Below the pieces are notes generated by a model. The model searched no databases. It was not told where the DNA came from and saw only the letters and a list, made by a program, of their open reading frames with translations. DNA of 50,930 nt, the filler included, from Bipalium vagum (taxonomy: Eukaryota): NCBI GenBank assembly GCA_037834085.1. It is 3 parts of 3 records of this genome, joined end to end, with 100 filler letters (N's around TTAATTAATTAA, not from the genome) between each part and the next. Parts side by side here need not be neighbours in the genome. Positions count along the whole stretch, not along the records: positions 1 to 15,670 come from JBBMKC010152889.1; positions 15,771 to 33,023 come from JBBMKC010073314.1; 1 more part is not named here. The stretch is one strand, 5' to 3'. Numbering within the stretch: position 1 is the first letter of the stretch; the number at the start of each line of letters is the position of its first letter. Shown here piece by piece: positions 13,070-26,547 of this stretch. The position numbers were made by a program, and so were the translations under genes.

Positions 13070-14358
13070 TAATTCCGGTATGATTTTAATAAGCAGTTAG
13101 AGTTATTTAAATATTTTACAATTTTCAATATGTAATCAAATTGAAATAAAATCAATCTGTGAATCGAAGATTGTTTTGATACGGAATTAGCTATTGATAC
13201 ACCTGGTTGTACTTGAATCTTTGTCGTCGTAGATACGTCTGAATGATCTCAGCTCTATTCTGGCTAGATGTTGATACATTCTGAATCTGCTTTTGACGCG
13301 ATTTATGTTAAGTTTTTTCCTTCCTCTTTTGAATGATTTATCAGTTGCTTTTATAGTCACTGGGCGTCTGTTAGAATATCCGATTTCTGGTTGATTTGAT
13401 GGCTGGTTAGACACTTGATATCTTTTGCGGGAGTTTGAATAATTTGTGTTGATGGAAGAGATCGAATTTATCTTCTTTGTCAATTTAAAAAAAAATTTTG
13501 ATGTTTTAAGTCGTAATTGCGAACGACTTAATTTATACTAAAAAACTTTCTTTTTAAATTATAATTAGTAATTCTCATTTACCAATTTTAATTCTTTTAA
13601 TATATATTCTTTAAATTATTTTTATTTTAAGCCATTATTTTTATTTTTAGTAATTATTTTTATTTTAAGTAATTATTTTTACTAATCATTCTGAATTTAG
13701 TATTTTAATTAAAGTACTATTTTCTTAAAAATTATATTTTATTATTGTTATTTATTTTATTTTATAAATTTTTTTTATAATTTACAACTTCTTAGGACTT
13801 ATCAACAATAATCTTACATTTAATAATATTTTTAATAATTTTACATTCAATAATATTTCTAATAATTTTACATTCAATAATATTTCGCATGCAAGGATAA
13901 AAAGTTTTTAACACACAAAGATTATATAATTAACTAAAAATGCTTTTTACAAGAGAATTGGGATCACCACAAAAATTAATTTGGATCACAAAAATGTTCA
14001 AAGGTTAATTTTGTTTCCTCTTTCCTGGCAGTCCTGACAGTTTGTCTGTGCCTCGGAGTCCCCACAATATGTTAATTTTTTTTCATTTATTACATCATCA
14101 AAACTAATTAAATTTTTATCTTTTTTATCTAGTTTATTTGGTAGTTGAATTTCATTTTCTTTATCAGATAATGCAACTTTTATTTTTTTTTATAATCATA
14201 ATTTTTTATTTTTTTCAAAAATTGTTTTTATTTTATTTTTAAATAATTCATAAACTTCTTCTTTTGAATATTCAAAATCAAAACCATCTTTTATATATCC
14301 TAAAGCTGATTGAAGAAAAGCTGTTTTAGAAAAATAATCAAATTATTATAATCTAAAT

Positions 14359-15670
14359 CAGTGTTTCTCAAAGTGGTCCAGGTGAATCACTTGTGGTCCA
14401 CAGAGGATTCATATTCACAAAAATTTTTTTGGCCATTTCACAAAAATTTAAGTAATTCAGTGCTATTTGTTGCTATTATCAGAAATTGACATTTTACAAA
14501 AACTATAAAATTTTCTGTTTCCTGGTTACTCAAAGATATTAAATGTTTAGTTAGATATTAGGCAAATTTTTTGTTATCAAGCTAAAATATCTAGTGTTAA
14601 CTTACATCTAGAAAAAATATACAAGACTTAAAATACCAAAATACGGAAAAATTGCCAATTTTGAGCGATAATTATTATTTTCTGGTAGATAGTTACCATT
14701 TTACATTTTATATGAAGATAAGCTGGATTGGTGAGCGGTTTTTTAAATTCTTACAAAACTTAAGATACCAAAATCTTTAGAGGTATCTAATTAACAGAAA
14801 AATTTTTAATGTGGTAAAGAACAATGTTATGAATCAGCGAATGTCTAAAAATTTATCTGATTTACAAATTGCTGTAAAATACTTATAAATAAACATTTTG
14901 GATTTGATCTTAATTTCATTATATTTAAGTCGTTTATATTAAGTTGTTTGATGATAAAGTTTATATTTCCAATTTAAAGAAATAAGGTATTCAGTATTTT
15001 TATTTTTATTTTCAGATCAATCATAAGAATGTCTGAACCACCTGCTAAAAAAGCAAAGAAGAATTATAGAAAAGATTAATCATGTTTGGCTTTATATCTG
15101 TAGACTCAAAACCTTTGTGTCTTGAATGTGGTGCCATCTTGACAAATGATTCCATGAAAAAAATTAGGCTGGAGCAGCATCAAAAATCAAAGCACCCATC
15201 ATCTGTTGGTAAAGATAGAGAATATTTTGAGAATTAAAAGAAAAGACAGCCAGTCAAACTATCCGACTTTGTAAAGAAGATGGATACTGCAAAAGCAAAG
15301 ACACTAAAACCAAGTTATTTGGTCTCTAAAATTATTGCCAAAGTTGGAGCACCCCAGGTTTATTGTGAGAAGCTTGTCAAGCCTGCTATGATAGCATGCG
15401 CAAATGAGGTTCTAGGAAAATATGCTGCATCTGCCCTGAGTACAATTCCACTTTCAAACGACACTATTACCAGGAGACAGATCGAAATGTCTAATTTTGT
15501 TGAGAAAAAAATAGTGAAAATTCTGCAAAAGACAAAGTTTTCTATCCAGATTGATGAGAGCACAATTCATAACCAAGCTATCCTTCTGTGCTTTGTCAGA
15601 TTCATCTATGAAGATGATATAAGAGAAGAAATGTTATTCATTAAAAATTTGCCTGGAACTACTACTGGAG
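14359..15670 (+). mobile_element. hAT (Buster/Charlie, ZBED5/SCAND3-like) DNA transposon, 5' half, cut by the gap
   Basis: TIR CAGTGTTTCTCAAAGTGG follows the 8-mer ATCTAAAT (nnnTAnnn target). ATG at 15029; BED finger PLCLECGAILTNDSMK..LEQHQKSKHP; IPLSNDTITRR; FSIQIDEST. Has a frameshift and a premature stop. Confidence 0.9.
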
Positions 15671-15770
15671 NNNNNNNNNNNNNNNNNNNNNNNNNNNNNN
15701 NNNNNNNNNNNNNNTTAATTAATTAANNNNNNNNNNNNNNNNNNNNNNNNNNNNNNNNNNNNNNNNNNNN
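15671..15770. other. artificial contig-joining spacer
   Basis: Exactly 44 N + TTAATTAATTAA (stops in all six frames) + 44 N. Confidence 0.95.
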
Positions 15771-15899
15771 TGTCAATGATGAGCTTTGGAGAATCAGCCT
15801 CCATAAGCTCTTGCTCTTTTTCCTTAAAATTGTTGTTGGCTGGTGCTAGGACATCCTTTTCTATGGATCCCAACAGTATTATTAATTAAAAAATTATTA

Positions 15900-16725
15900 T
15901 CGAAAACTTATTATTATTATTCCAAAACTCAACAGATCTATAAATATGGTCCACCAAAGAAAATCCACGCAGATTGTGGAAAGGTCTTTGAATCTAGAGT
16001 TTTTAAGACACTAGTCATACAGAGTAACGCAAAACCCTGTTTGTCCAGTCCGTGTCATCATAAAACCAATGGGATAATAGAACGGCAATTCCGAAAATAC
16101 GTGACTACATGAATACTACTATGGCTGAGAGAAAAAGCAATGATTTGGAAAATCTGTTACCAGAAATTTAATTTACCTTAAACGCAAAATTTCAGAAAAC
16201 GTTAGGATGCATACAGAGGCTTAGATCAGTAATAATATATCAGAAGAAGTAGAAAAAGAAAACGTTCAAAAAAGTCCAAGTAAAGTAACAAAAAGAAAGC
16301 TTGAACTAGGGAGCAAGTACTTGTAAATGCCAAAGGTAGAACTTAAGACAAAGAAAGATACGAAGGTCCATACACGGTGAACAGAAAAATTCATGAAAAG
16401 AGATATGCATTGGAAGATAGAGGAGGAAAAACAATTGAAAGAAATGTGGAAAAAATTTAAAATTTCTTCAGAATGGGGGATGTGAGTATTTACACTTATT
16501 TCTAATTTAAATTTTTAATTAATTGTAAATTTAATTTTAATATTTATTTTAAAATAATTGTATTGAAAAGAATCTTGATATTTAATTATGGTTTTAAGAC
16601 ATTCAAAAATATATTGTTCAAACTATGACTGATTTTGTTGATATCGCACTTAACACTAATTATAATAGTTAAATCATTATTTATTTAAGAACTTATTTTA
16701 AAAATTATCGATTATTTCTTCACCA
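15900..16725 (+). mobile_element. Ty3/Gypsy LTR retrotransposon 3' end: integrase relic, polypurine tract, start of 3' LTR
   Basis: YGPPKKIHADCGKVFES...SSPCHHKTNGIIERQFR (rve core) and YEGPYTV (GPY/F motif). PPT AGAATGGGGGA is followed directly by TGT at 16481. The LTR end is only approximate. Confidence 0.8.
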
Positions 16726-17216
16726 TAAACATCAAAATATTTTGATTTATAGTTTTCTTCATAATTTTATTTTATATATAATCCTATTGATATTGGGAGT
16801 TGTCTTTTTTTTAATCTTTAAATATTTTTTTATTATTATATATAATAATATTAATAGTGCTCTTTTGGAAATGTGGCTTTAGCTTCTTTATATTTTTTAC
16901 ATTAATTAATATGTTCATTTAATTAAATAATTGATTCATATGAATTAAAATTTCATGCATAGATAATATTTATTTTTATTATTATTTGAAAATATATTTC
17001 TACATAATACATAGTGGTTTTGATATAATAAATTTATTTATCTCTCATCCTGATTTGGTTATTTTTCAATGTTTAAAATAAAGATTTCAATTTGGTAAAA
17101 ATAAATTTCATACAAATTTATCTTTTATAATGAGAGTAGAAATGTTTTGGAATTCAACATTATTAAAAAGAAAATTAAAATAAATAACTGTGATCATATT
17201 TTTATTTAATGAGTAT

Positions 17217-17947
17217 TTATTTATTTTGTGAGGTTTGTTTTACTGAAAGATTTACTTTTGCATCGTTTTTAGATCCTTCGTTACTTTTTAAAGATTGTCT
17301 GTTTAATTCGTTCTGTGCTTCTGATTCATGGATGCTTCTGTCATTTGTAACGACTTTTTTCCCCGATGGATCTTCAATAATAATTTTTTCCGGAGAGCTG
17401 TTGAAATCAACAGCAATTCGAGCGTGACTGATTTCTGGGTTATCACTTTTAGGTTTTGATGATTTTCTTATTCTTTGGTGTTCCACAATTATTTCTGTTT
17501 CTTTACACAGATATTCTTTTGACTTCAGTAGCTCTTTCAAATCATTTATAGAAGTGCTGTTAACATAATATATATTCGTTGTTCCATTTTTAATTTCTTC
17601 ATTTGGCAGAGTTTTGTCACCAGTCGGATGATTTGATGTTTCTGATTTGTCATGTGAGGTAAAGAATATTTCATATAAATTTTTACTTTTATCCTCTACC
17701 TGTCCACTATAGGCATCAAGAATAGGAATTATGTTATCCTCTTGGAATTTTGATATTACAGGAATCGTTTCGGGAAGGCAGTTCAAAAATATTTTTTTCT
17801 TCTTGAAATCATCTAAAAAATTTCAATTGTATAAATTTTAAAATGTTGAAGAAAATGTAGCGAAATTTAAATAGTTTCATTTGTTTATTTTTCCTGATTA
17901 CTGAAATATTCTGGTAATATATAGTTTTTATTGCTTTCTTTGCAAAT
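17217..17947 (-). CDS. 3' exons of a gene for a low-complexity protein of unknown function
   Basis: Exon 17812-17217 follows the acceptor ttttag (NDFKKKKIFLNCLPET...). Exon 17947-17902 (ICKESNKNYILPEYF) is phase-compatible. No start codon located. Confidence 0.5.
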
Positions 17948-17989
17948 CTAAATCATATTAGAAAATTTAGAAATAATGTCTTAAATAAG

Positions 17990-18160
17990 TTTTTATTCAA
18001 AAAAAATTATTTCCATAATTTCTAATTTCACTAAAAAAGAAATCCATTTGAATATAACAATTCATCTTTTAAGTCAAAAATTCTTTTAATGCACTTTCAA
18101 TATTATTCTCCGTCCTAAATGATTTGTCGTTCAACAAATGTCGCATTCATGGAGTTATGT
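17990..18160 (-). mobile_element. mariner C-terminal relic
   Basis: MRHLLNDKSFRTENNIESALKEFL resembles the mariner region after the third catalytic Asp. Confidence 0.45.
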
Positions 18161-18949
18161 GAAAACTCGATAGAAAATTTGAATATGAAAAAATATATAT
18201 TAAATTTTTACTGTGAATTTAATTTCTTTACTATTTATTGAAATTTAATAACGCAATATATTGCCTTCAGCAAGTTTGAACACAATGCAAGAGGTTAATG
18301 AATTTTGAAATAAAGTACAGGAGATTTAAATTTGGCATTAAAAGGCTTATGAAAATTATATCCCTTAAAAAAACATTTTTTTTAACTCATTAAATTCAAT
18401 GTAACTGAATTATGTCTTTTATTGGCTAACCAAAATATTCACTGGAATATAAAGATACAGTGATCGGAGGAAATTGAAAATCGTCGAGATTTACAAAACA
18501 AAATTTGGCAAATAAAAATATGATCGGGGTCTCCATGCTAAAGGAGTATGAGTCTTAAGGGAACAAGCATACAGAGGAAAAAATATTCCTATAAAACTAC
18601 TTGATCTTTCTAAAGTTACTTTATTGGAAATAATTAAAACCATGTCAGTCTTCAAAAAATTGGATATTGACTCGAAACTAATTAACCATTCCGTAAGTTG
18701 TAAAAATCGAACAAGTGGTGCCCATAAATTACAATTAAATATGTTTGGAATAGTTTAAAAATCTAGGAATAAAGAAGGCATAGAAGGCCGTTTGCTTGAA
18801 TGTATCTTGAAATAGAATTTAATGTATAGAAATATTATATGGGAAGCCTTCCTAATGGCCTAAAGGTTTTTTAACTTAATGAACAATATTTAGATATATG
18901 TAAGTACATGTAAAAGCATTTTAGACTTTTTCATTTTACTGTATAACAA

Positions 18950-19287
18950 AAAGAAAAAAGACAAAAATTGGAATCTGTTCAGTTTTTACCACATCCAACA
19001 TCTAATTCTAACCTTATTCTGTCGGATTATCAATTATTCCCAGCAATGACACATTTCCTAAAAGGACATACCTTTTATCATTTAGACGACGTAAAAAATG
19101 AATGCCAAGAACTTGTGATGTCTAAAAACAAGGAATGATCTCATCTCGAGATTGAACAACTGCCAGATAAATACGTCAAGACCATTTAGCTCAATGGTAT
19201 TTTTTCTTTGAGTTCTTAAAAAATTTACTTACTGTTGTTCCTCATTATTTTAAAAAAAAAAGAAATTACTTATGACTCAACCTTATA
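18950..19287 (+). mobile_element. mariner 3' relic with TIR
   Basis: LPHPTSNSNLILSDYQLFPAMTHFLKGHTF...IEQLPDKY; ends AATTACTTATGACTCAACCTTATA, which resembles a mariner TIR. Confidence 0.7.
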
Positions 19288-19728
19288 TTTAAAATATAAT
19301 TAAATTGAAATTAAATGTCTTTATGTAAAATTGGCAGTTACTTTCTTGTCAACCAACTATTAAAAATTAAATTAAATTTTTAAAATTAAGAATCTTAGAA
19401 AAACTAAGGAACGTTTCCCATATATTTTGATTCATTATTTTAGAATGTAAAAATACTTAGAATTTCCATTAGATATTTGTCACTTCCCTTTATAAGACAT
19501 GATAACATGTCGAAAGAATAGAAGGGGAAAAATAGTCTTTATTATTGTTGAAAGTTAAACTATTATTTTTGAAAACTAATGTTTACAATAAAATAAATTA
19601 GGATAAGAAATAGTTTGAAATTGAATTAGACTACTCTGAATAAATATTTTAATCACATATTATGAAGATATGATAAATTCGAGTTTTAGCACTGTGTTAT
19701 CGTAATGAGTGGAGATTATATATTATCA

Positions 19729-20892
19729 TAGAGTCGGAAAAGTTATCTAACATGACATTTATTATTTGGTTCCTTAAAAAATGTTATAGTTAAAAAGTTT
19801 CAACATATTGTTTTAATTTTACTAGAAAAGACTTATGACAAAAAGCAAACCGTTTTTGACAGAAAAGAGCTCAACACTGGGCTATTATTTGAATTCCTCT
19901 TTTAATAAAATTCTATAGGTTTGGATTTGAAAAAACTTCGTTAGATCCTCGTGAAAAGCTTCATCATTTTCACTATCCTCACAAAAAAGTGACATTGAGC
20001 GAAACAAATGAAAGTTAAAAGGTGCGACATCTGGCGACTGTGGCAATAGTTCAATTTCATCAAGGATTTTTATAATTGCCATTGATTTCCATGAAGTATA
20101 TGGCTTTGTGCTATCCGCTTAAAATAAAGGCTTCATCCAATTAATTCTATTGCAGTTCCAAACAGCGGACAACTTGACTTTTTCTCCAAATCGCAATACC
20201 TTAGGAGAAGAAACGGTGGCTCACATGGAGTTAACCATTTATCTTTAATATTTGGTTTATTAGAGATTTACTTTTCATCCAATGCAATAATTCTTTTGAG
20301 AAAAACTATCGTTCAATATATATTTTTTAATTGACTTACAGATTTCAAGTAGCTTATATATGACTTTCCGATAGTTAATAAAGATTTATTCGAAAAACTG
20401 TTTTTTCAGAATAGAATGAAAATCTTGTTAGATGGTAGGCTTTGAAGAACCAACTTCAGTGGCTAATTGATGAATTGATTGAGATGAGGTGAATTTAACA
20501 TATTCTTTCAAGATATTTTCATCAAAGAAAGGATAATTTTCTGCAACTGGTCTGACCTTAAACGTTATTGTCACTCGATTTTAAGTTAGCAAACCACCAT
20601 ATGACTGTCCTCTTGTTTATCTCTTCTGGACCTTCAATTTTGTTAATTAAACAGACAGACAAATTTTTTTCAATAATTTCACAAAATTATCACTTTTCAT
20701 ATTTTACAATAATATTTAGAGCTTAAAATAGAATATTAAAAACAATTTAATATATAAATACGTTTCATTGTTATATTTATAGAGTTAGGCGAATTTTAAA
20801 ACAGTAATACATTATTTCATATCTCTTCATACACAAAACACTCTTCATTAAAGTCTGAAAAATAAGAAACCACATTTTTATGGGACTTAATA
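19729..20892 (-). mobile_element. decayed near-full-length mariner
   Basis: RTVIWWFANLKS (HTH), KRIIALDEK and PQSPDVAPFNFHLFRSM occur in the correct order; TIR-like ends. Confidence 0.75.
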
Positions 20893-20955
20893 TTAAATGC
20901 AATCCATTCTTTAATATTTATATAAACACACTAAACTGATATTAAGATTAACTTA

Positions 20956-22122
20956 TTACATACTTTCATTTTCTTCCGTACTTATTTTTTTCTTTAAATT
21001 TCGATTTAGAAACCAATTTTGAAGTATGGTATATAGCTCTATAACATCATTGTTCAATTTACTTTCTTTATAGTTTCTATATTGTATTTTATTTGAAGGT
21101 TCCTTTGAAAATTCCTCGAAACAATTACTTTCTGAACCTAATAAATGTTTTATTTCCTCAAGAGTTGTTTTGATATCGAATATATTTTTCGATATTATTG
21201 AATTATTTAAATCTTCAATGTTATTTTTACTATCTGACTTTGTATGTTTAGGTTTCAGATACTCACTAGTTTCTGGGCAATTTTCCAGAGAAACAGGCTG
21301 TGAAATATCAGTTTCATCGCTATATGAGTAAGGAGTGTTAGAATAAGGAGACTGGGTTAATGTGAAATATTTTGTGTATGTATTATGGGAATTCGATACA
21401 CGATTAATATTTCTAATCGTAGAATAATGGAAACTAGATTTCATATCACTTTTTTCATCTAATTTAATATTACCTTTGTGAGATTGGATTTCATTTGGCT
21501 TCAAATTCATCAAAGGTTTCAAATTGTCTACATTGATTGTGGGCTTCTTGTTCGAATGTTTATTAATAGTTTTCACAAGGCTCATAATTTCGTGAGAAGT
21601 AAGATTTAATTGCAAGCACATATTTATTAATTCTGCAATACCACATTGAGATTTTTTTTCAAAAGATTTCCCTTGTTCTCTTTCAATTTTATTGCATTTA
21701 TTCTTCAAATTCTTTTCCAATAATTTTAATAAACACTGTCTATATCTTTCATTGCCAAAGTTGATATTTGTATATTCTGTAAACTCTCTTGGACTATGAA
21801 CTAATACAGCTTTTAGTTGGCATAAAAATTCATGATAATCATTCTTGCATTCAATGATTTCTAAAGGAATATAAATCTCTTCATATTTGTAAACATCACG
21901 AGCAAATTCTAAACTGATCTCCTCAATTTTGTCTTTACAATTACATTCATGATTAAAGTCATTACGCTTATGTTTAAATCTCATAGGGGTTCGAATTTTA
22001 AAAACATTAGAAAAATTTGTTTTCAGTACATTTATTAACAGGGGCAAACGATCTTTAGGAAAAGACCAAATTGTTATTATTATGCTTCCAAGATTCTGAA
22101 CAAATAAAGGTTCCTCAAGCAT
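20956..22122 (-). CDS. intronless 388-aa protein of unknown function
   Basis: Long ATG-to-stop frame. The N-terminal ~190 aa look globular/helical and the C-terminal half is S/N/K-rich. No family recognised. Confidence 0.75.
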   Translation of the reverse strand: MLEEPLFVQNLGSIIITIWSFPKDRLPLLINVLKTNFSNVFKIRTPMRFKHKRNDFNHECNCKDKIEEISLEFARDVYKYEEIYIPLEIIECKNDYHEFLCQLKAVLVHSPREFTEYTNINFGNERYRQCLLKLLEKNLKNKCNKIEREQGKSFEKKSQCGIAELINMCLQLNLTSHEIMSLVKTINKHSNKKPTINVDNLKPLMNLKPNEIQSHKGNIKLDEKSDMKSSFHYSTIRNINRVSNSHNTYTKYFTLTQSPYSNTPYSYSDETDISQPVSLENCPETSEYLKPKHTKSDSKNNIEDLNNSIISKNIFDIKTTLEEIKHLLGSESNCFEEFSKEPSNKIQYRNYKESKLNNDVIELYTILQNWFLNRNLKKKISTEENESM

Positions 22123-23570
22123 TTTTATTGCATTGTTTTATAATTTTCAAATTAACCGTTTAATTACTTTTATTGAAACAAATAATTTATATATAGTTAA
22201 AAATCATTACTAAGTTATTCTAATATTCTATGTTTAATTTTTTAAATGATTTAAAAGATTATATAGGACAATTTACTTTTAAATAATAAGTTATTTATAA
22301 ATTTAAAGTTAATATATTTTGTAATTTTTTAAAAATGTTTTAGTTTACTTGAACCAGTCTTTTTAACTAACACTGATCTTTCAAACTTCCAAGTCTAATG
22401 TAGCTCAGCAATAGAAATGTCATTTCATTTTCGTTAACAAATATAAGATGCTCAAAAACTTCATTTCCTCATATGCTTTAACAAATATAAATTTGACTCT
22501 AAAAGACTTATAAGCTATCCACAAGGTGTAACTTGTTTGTACCCACAATTTCGCTCACGCTCAAAATAAATCCTTACTCAAAGATATCTGTTTACAAAAA
22601 GGTACACTTTGTAGTATAAAAAGAAAAACTTTTTTCTTTACTTTTTTTAAACAATAAAAATTCAATTATTTTCTTAAAATATTGAAATGAATATAAAAAA
22701 TAAAATAATAATAATGAGGTCTATCTGAATGGAAAGCTATCAAAAATGTTTTACCTTTTGAAGAATGCTCTTTTTCTGACTATTTGTTTCATAATGTTTA
22801 TAGTCAATGATTTCTAAATTTTGATGACAAAATTTTTACTTGTTTATATTCTCATTATTATTAAAAAAATTTAAGCGGAGTTTATCAATTTAAAATCTCA
22901 CCAGTTGATATAACAAAAAATAATATTGCCAATTAAAAAAAATTACTATGATATTTATTATGTTAAATTAACATCTTTTACATCCTTTAATTTTCTCAGG
23001 ACATAGGTCTTTTCCTTTACGTAAAAGTATGAAGTGGTAACAGTTATTTTCAAAATTAGAAAAAATTTTAACAAACATTAAATATTGAAGATTTAATTTT
23101 TGAATTTGTTGGCCCAACTGTTATCTAGCTTACCTGACCTATGCTGATGTTGAAGTAGGACTACCTAAAGAGATCTTTATCTCATCCTCTAACAAAAACA
23201 CTGAAACGAACACTCTCAAACTTCATTAAATCAAATGAGGGTAAGACCCTTTTTAGTTTCAACAATCAAACTACGACAGTCAGTTACTCTCCAAAAAACT
23301 ACAGAATCGGTAGTTACACTAAATCAACAAACTGATCAGGCAGTCTCAACAAAAACAACAAACACTTTCTAATTAAAAAGCTGTGTCAGGGAAAACACTG
23401 TTCAGTAAAATAAAATTACAAATAAAAACCATAAGTTTTATTAGGCAATTTTCTGGGCGAAAAATAATGAATTTTTGCTAGCTTATATACTATTTTACTG
23501 TTTGTTTTAGAGTCTCTGATTGACCAGTTAAGCTGTCAATCATGGCGTACTTTCTAGACTTGATTATTAC

Positions 23571-24463
23571 TAGGACCCCCAAAAGTCAAAAAAGTCAAAA
23601 AATTGACCGTCAGAAAAAAGTCAAAATAATCACTTAAAGTTAAAATTTTCTATAAAGTTAAAAAGTCAATTAAAAGTCAATAAAGTCAATATAAAATCAA
23701 AATTATTGTTTTAATAATATCACAAAATATTTTAACTTTAAAAAATGCCTAAAAATGCTAAATCAGATTTTATGAAAGTACAGGAAATTGTTAGAAAATT
23801 CAGCTCAGAATTCAAGAAAACTCATGAAAATAAAATATATTGTAAATTATGTGAAATGATTGTTTCACATTCGAAGTTATTTTTCCTTAAAAGTCATCAG
23901 AATTCGGCAAAGCACAAAATGCAATGAAAATATCAAAAGCTACAATTCAACAAATTTTGCAAATCCCAAAAGACAATTTTAAAAAAGAAATCGTGCGGGC
24001 TTTCGTTTATGCAGATATTCCACTGGAAATTAAGGCATAAAAGCATTCGAAACATATTCACTTCGATTGGAAAATCAATTCCAAGTGAGCAATGGTGTAG
24101 AACTATTATTCCTGAATTATATGATGAAGAAATGATAAAAATGAAGAATTTAGTTGATTATGATTATTTTTCATAATTATTGATGAACCAGATTTATCAG
24201 GTAAAAAAATTGTTAATGTTGTAGTTTGGTTATTGAACATGCCTGAAAAATCTTATTTGGTTGATTGCATTCCTCTTTCAATAGTACCTAATACTCAAAT
24301 TATGATACATATCATTGAAGATACAATTAATCTTTTAGGAATTAATAGAGGAACTTTTATGTTATTAATAAATGATACAGCTCGGTACATGACTGGTGCA
24401 AGTAAAATCTTACATGTACTTTATCCAAAACTTTTCCATAATTTATTACTAAAAATAAAATAA
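23571..24463 (+). mobile_element. CGGBP-like hAT transposon, 5' portion, decayed
   Basis: Terminus TAGGACCCCC with multiple subterminal AAAGTCAA repeats. MPK...YCKLCEMIV...SHQNSAKHK zinc finger, AFVYADIPL, FIIIDE, LLINDTARYM. Confidence 0.75.
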
Positions 24464-24951
24464 ATTTCTGAAAATTATAATTTTAGAATTTTAGAGAGAC
24501 ATGCTAATGATTAAAAATCAGTAGTCGTTCTTAAAATATTATTTAAAATGTATTTAATTGTTTTTAAATGAATAAATTAATAATTAAAATACGTAATTTT
24601 AAATTAGCCAGCGTATTATTTAAAGTTTATTTTTCGACAAAATTTTATTTACAGAGCTTTAAAATCTTTACCTTTTAAAATATGTAAAGTTACAACATAA
24701 GTTTTCTGGTTAAATCAAAAATTTATATAAAATATAAATTTTGAAATTCTAATAAACTTATTTGAGTGCAATTTCCAAAATATTTCCATGGTTTTACATA
24801 ATTTGAATATGTTCTATTATTTTTCCTTTTTTAAATTGAATTGGATTAGTAACTTTAATTCTTAAGGATTTAACAAGTTGTACACTTGATTTAGTATATG
24901 TTAAGTTTTAGTGTTGTGGATTGATAAATACATGTTAATTATTAAAACAAT

Positions 24952-25460
24952 AAAACTTAACGTGGCTCGTAAAATCTTTTGTAATCAGAAGGATTTAGAG
25001 TGCGTTAACGTTCGAAAAATATAAATTAATGATATTTTTAATCGACTGGGTAATCAATCAATAAAATTTAATCGACTGGTTAATCAATAAAAGTAAATAG
25101 TTGTATTTATTTGTTTTAATGTGATCAGATAAAAATAACCAACAACTTTTGAATTCAAAAAATAAAAAGATATTTACTGCACTAACGCAAATCAAAAACA
25201 AATTAATGAATTATAATTTATATTTTTGTTAAACCAAATATAGAAATACAAGTTTGATATTTTAATTGTCAAAACTCGGAGAAGTTAGTTTTTGAAAGAA
25301 GTCAGGTCGCTCTTCGCTATCTTAGCCTCAAGAGCCCTCGATTAAAAAAACGTCACTTCACCCTAACTAGGCGTAGAGGCAATAAAAGAAGATATTAAAA
25401 AATAACAAACAAAAAAGGTGATTTTGATAATGATAGAATAACTGGGGATCTATCCAATTA
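24952..25460. repeat. dispersed non-coding element, copy B
   Basis: Same ordered blocks as 12592-13069 with unrelated spacers; the AATCGACTGG block is tandemly duplicated here. Confidence 0.75.
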
Positions 25461-25593
25461 AATTCTAATTTGTGGTCTAATTTTTAGTATTTTGGAAAAA
25501 GAAAAGGCATTTGCAGTTTTGATAGGAAGAGACAAAACTAAAGATATTCAATTTTTTCTTTTAATGTTTTCATAACCACTTAAAAATTTATTA

Positions 25594-26547
25594 CATGGAG
25601 TCCCAATAAGTAGTGAGCATAATGTTGAAAGGTTAATGTAAATTAAAAAATATTATAATTATATAAAGTGCAATATATTATAGTTAAATGTAAGATATTT
25701 GTTTTAATATATTATTTTATGTTAATCAGGTAAATTGCGTTTTTTTAAAAATTTCTTTGGAAAATGTGCAATATCGGAGTGTCATGACTTTCCTCTATTT
25801 GAAGAAAAAAAAGAAATTCAAAAGGAATTAGATTATGTTTACTTTGAACAAAGTCCTTCATGGGCTCCAACAAAACGATGGTACAATGAATTTAAAAGGT
25901 GGAAGAACTTCCGTGGTGGACGTAGAAAAATCAGGCCATACAAAATCAGCAAAAAAATAAAGGAAAACCTACATGAAATTATACAAAATGAAAGAGGAAT
26001 CAAAAAGTGAGAGCTCAATGTACGTCTAAATGTTAGCAAAGATACTTTTGAGTCATTAATGGCAAAAAGTGGCATCAGAAATCTGTCCTCACGTTTCTAA
26101 CTGCTGACATGCAAGCTGGCCGTTTGAAGTGCTGCCAACAGAATCTGGAAACTTTACAACGTGTTGGGGACCACATGCTGGAAAACATTATCACGATGGA
26201 TGAGACGCCTCTATATTCCGGACTGTAGAATGGAATCAAAAGAGTGTAAACTTCCAGGAGAGACCAGTTCAAGAATGATGAAGAAGGAACTAGAGTGCGA
26301 ACTAAGAAGTAAAAAAATTTCATCAAAATACGATTTGCAGAAGGCTTTCACTGATTATCTAAACGACTAATCTCCCTATTTCTTCAAAAATGCCTTCGGG
26401 AACACTCGCTAGACAAAATGTGTTGATGTTTCTGGGAACTTTATTGAAAAATAATTACCTGTATATATTCATTGTTTTTAATAAAAAAATGTTTTGTGAC
26501 AGGTCTTGTTTTCTATCATAGGCTCAGTACTTATTGGACAAAACACG
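25594..26547 (+). mobile_element. internally deleted mariner (irritans-like TIRs)
   Basis: TA|CATGGAGTCCCAATAAGTAGTGAGC ... GCTCAGTACTTATTGGACAAAACACG|TA. Contains EIQKELDYVY..SPSWAPTKRWYNEFKR and NIITMDET. Confidence 0.8.
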
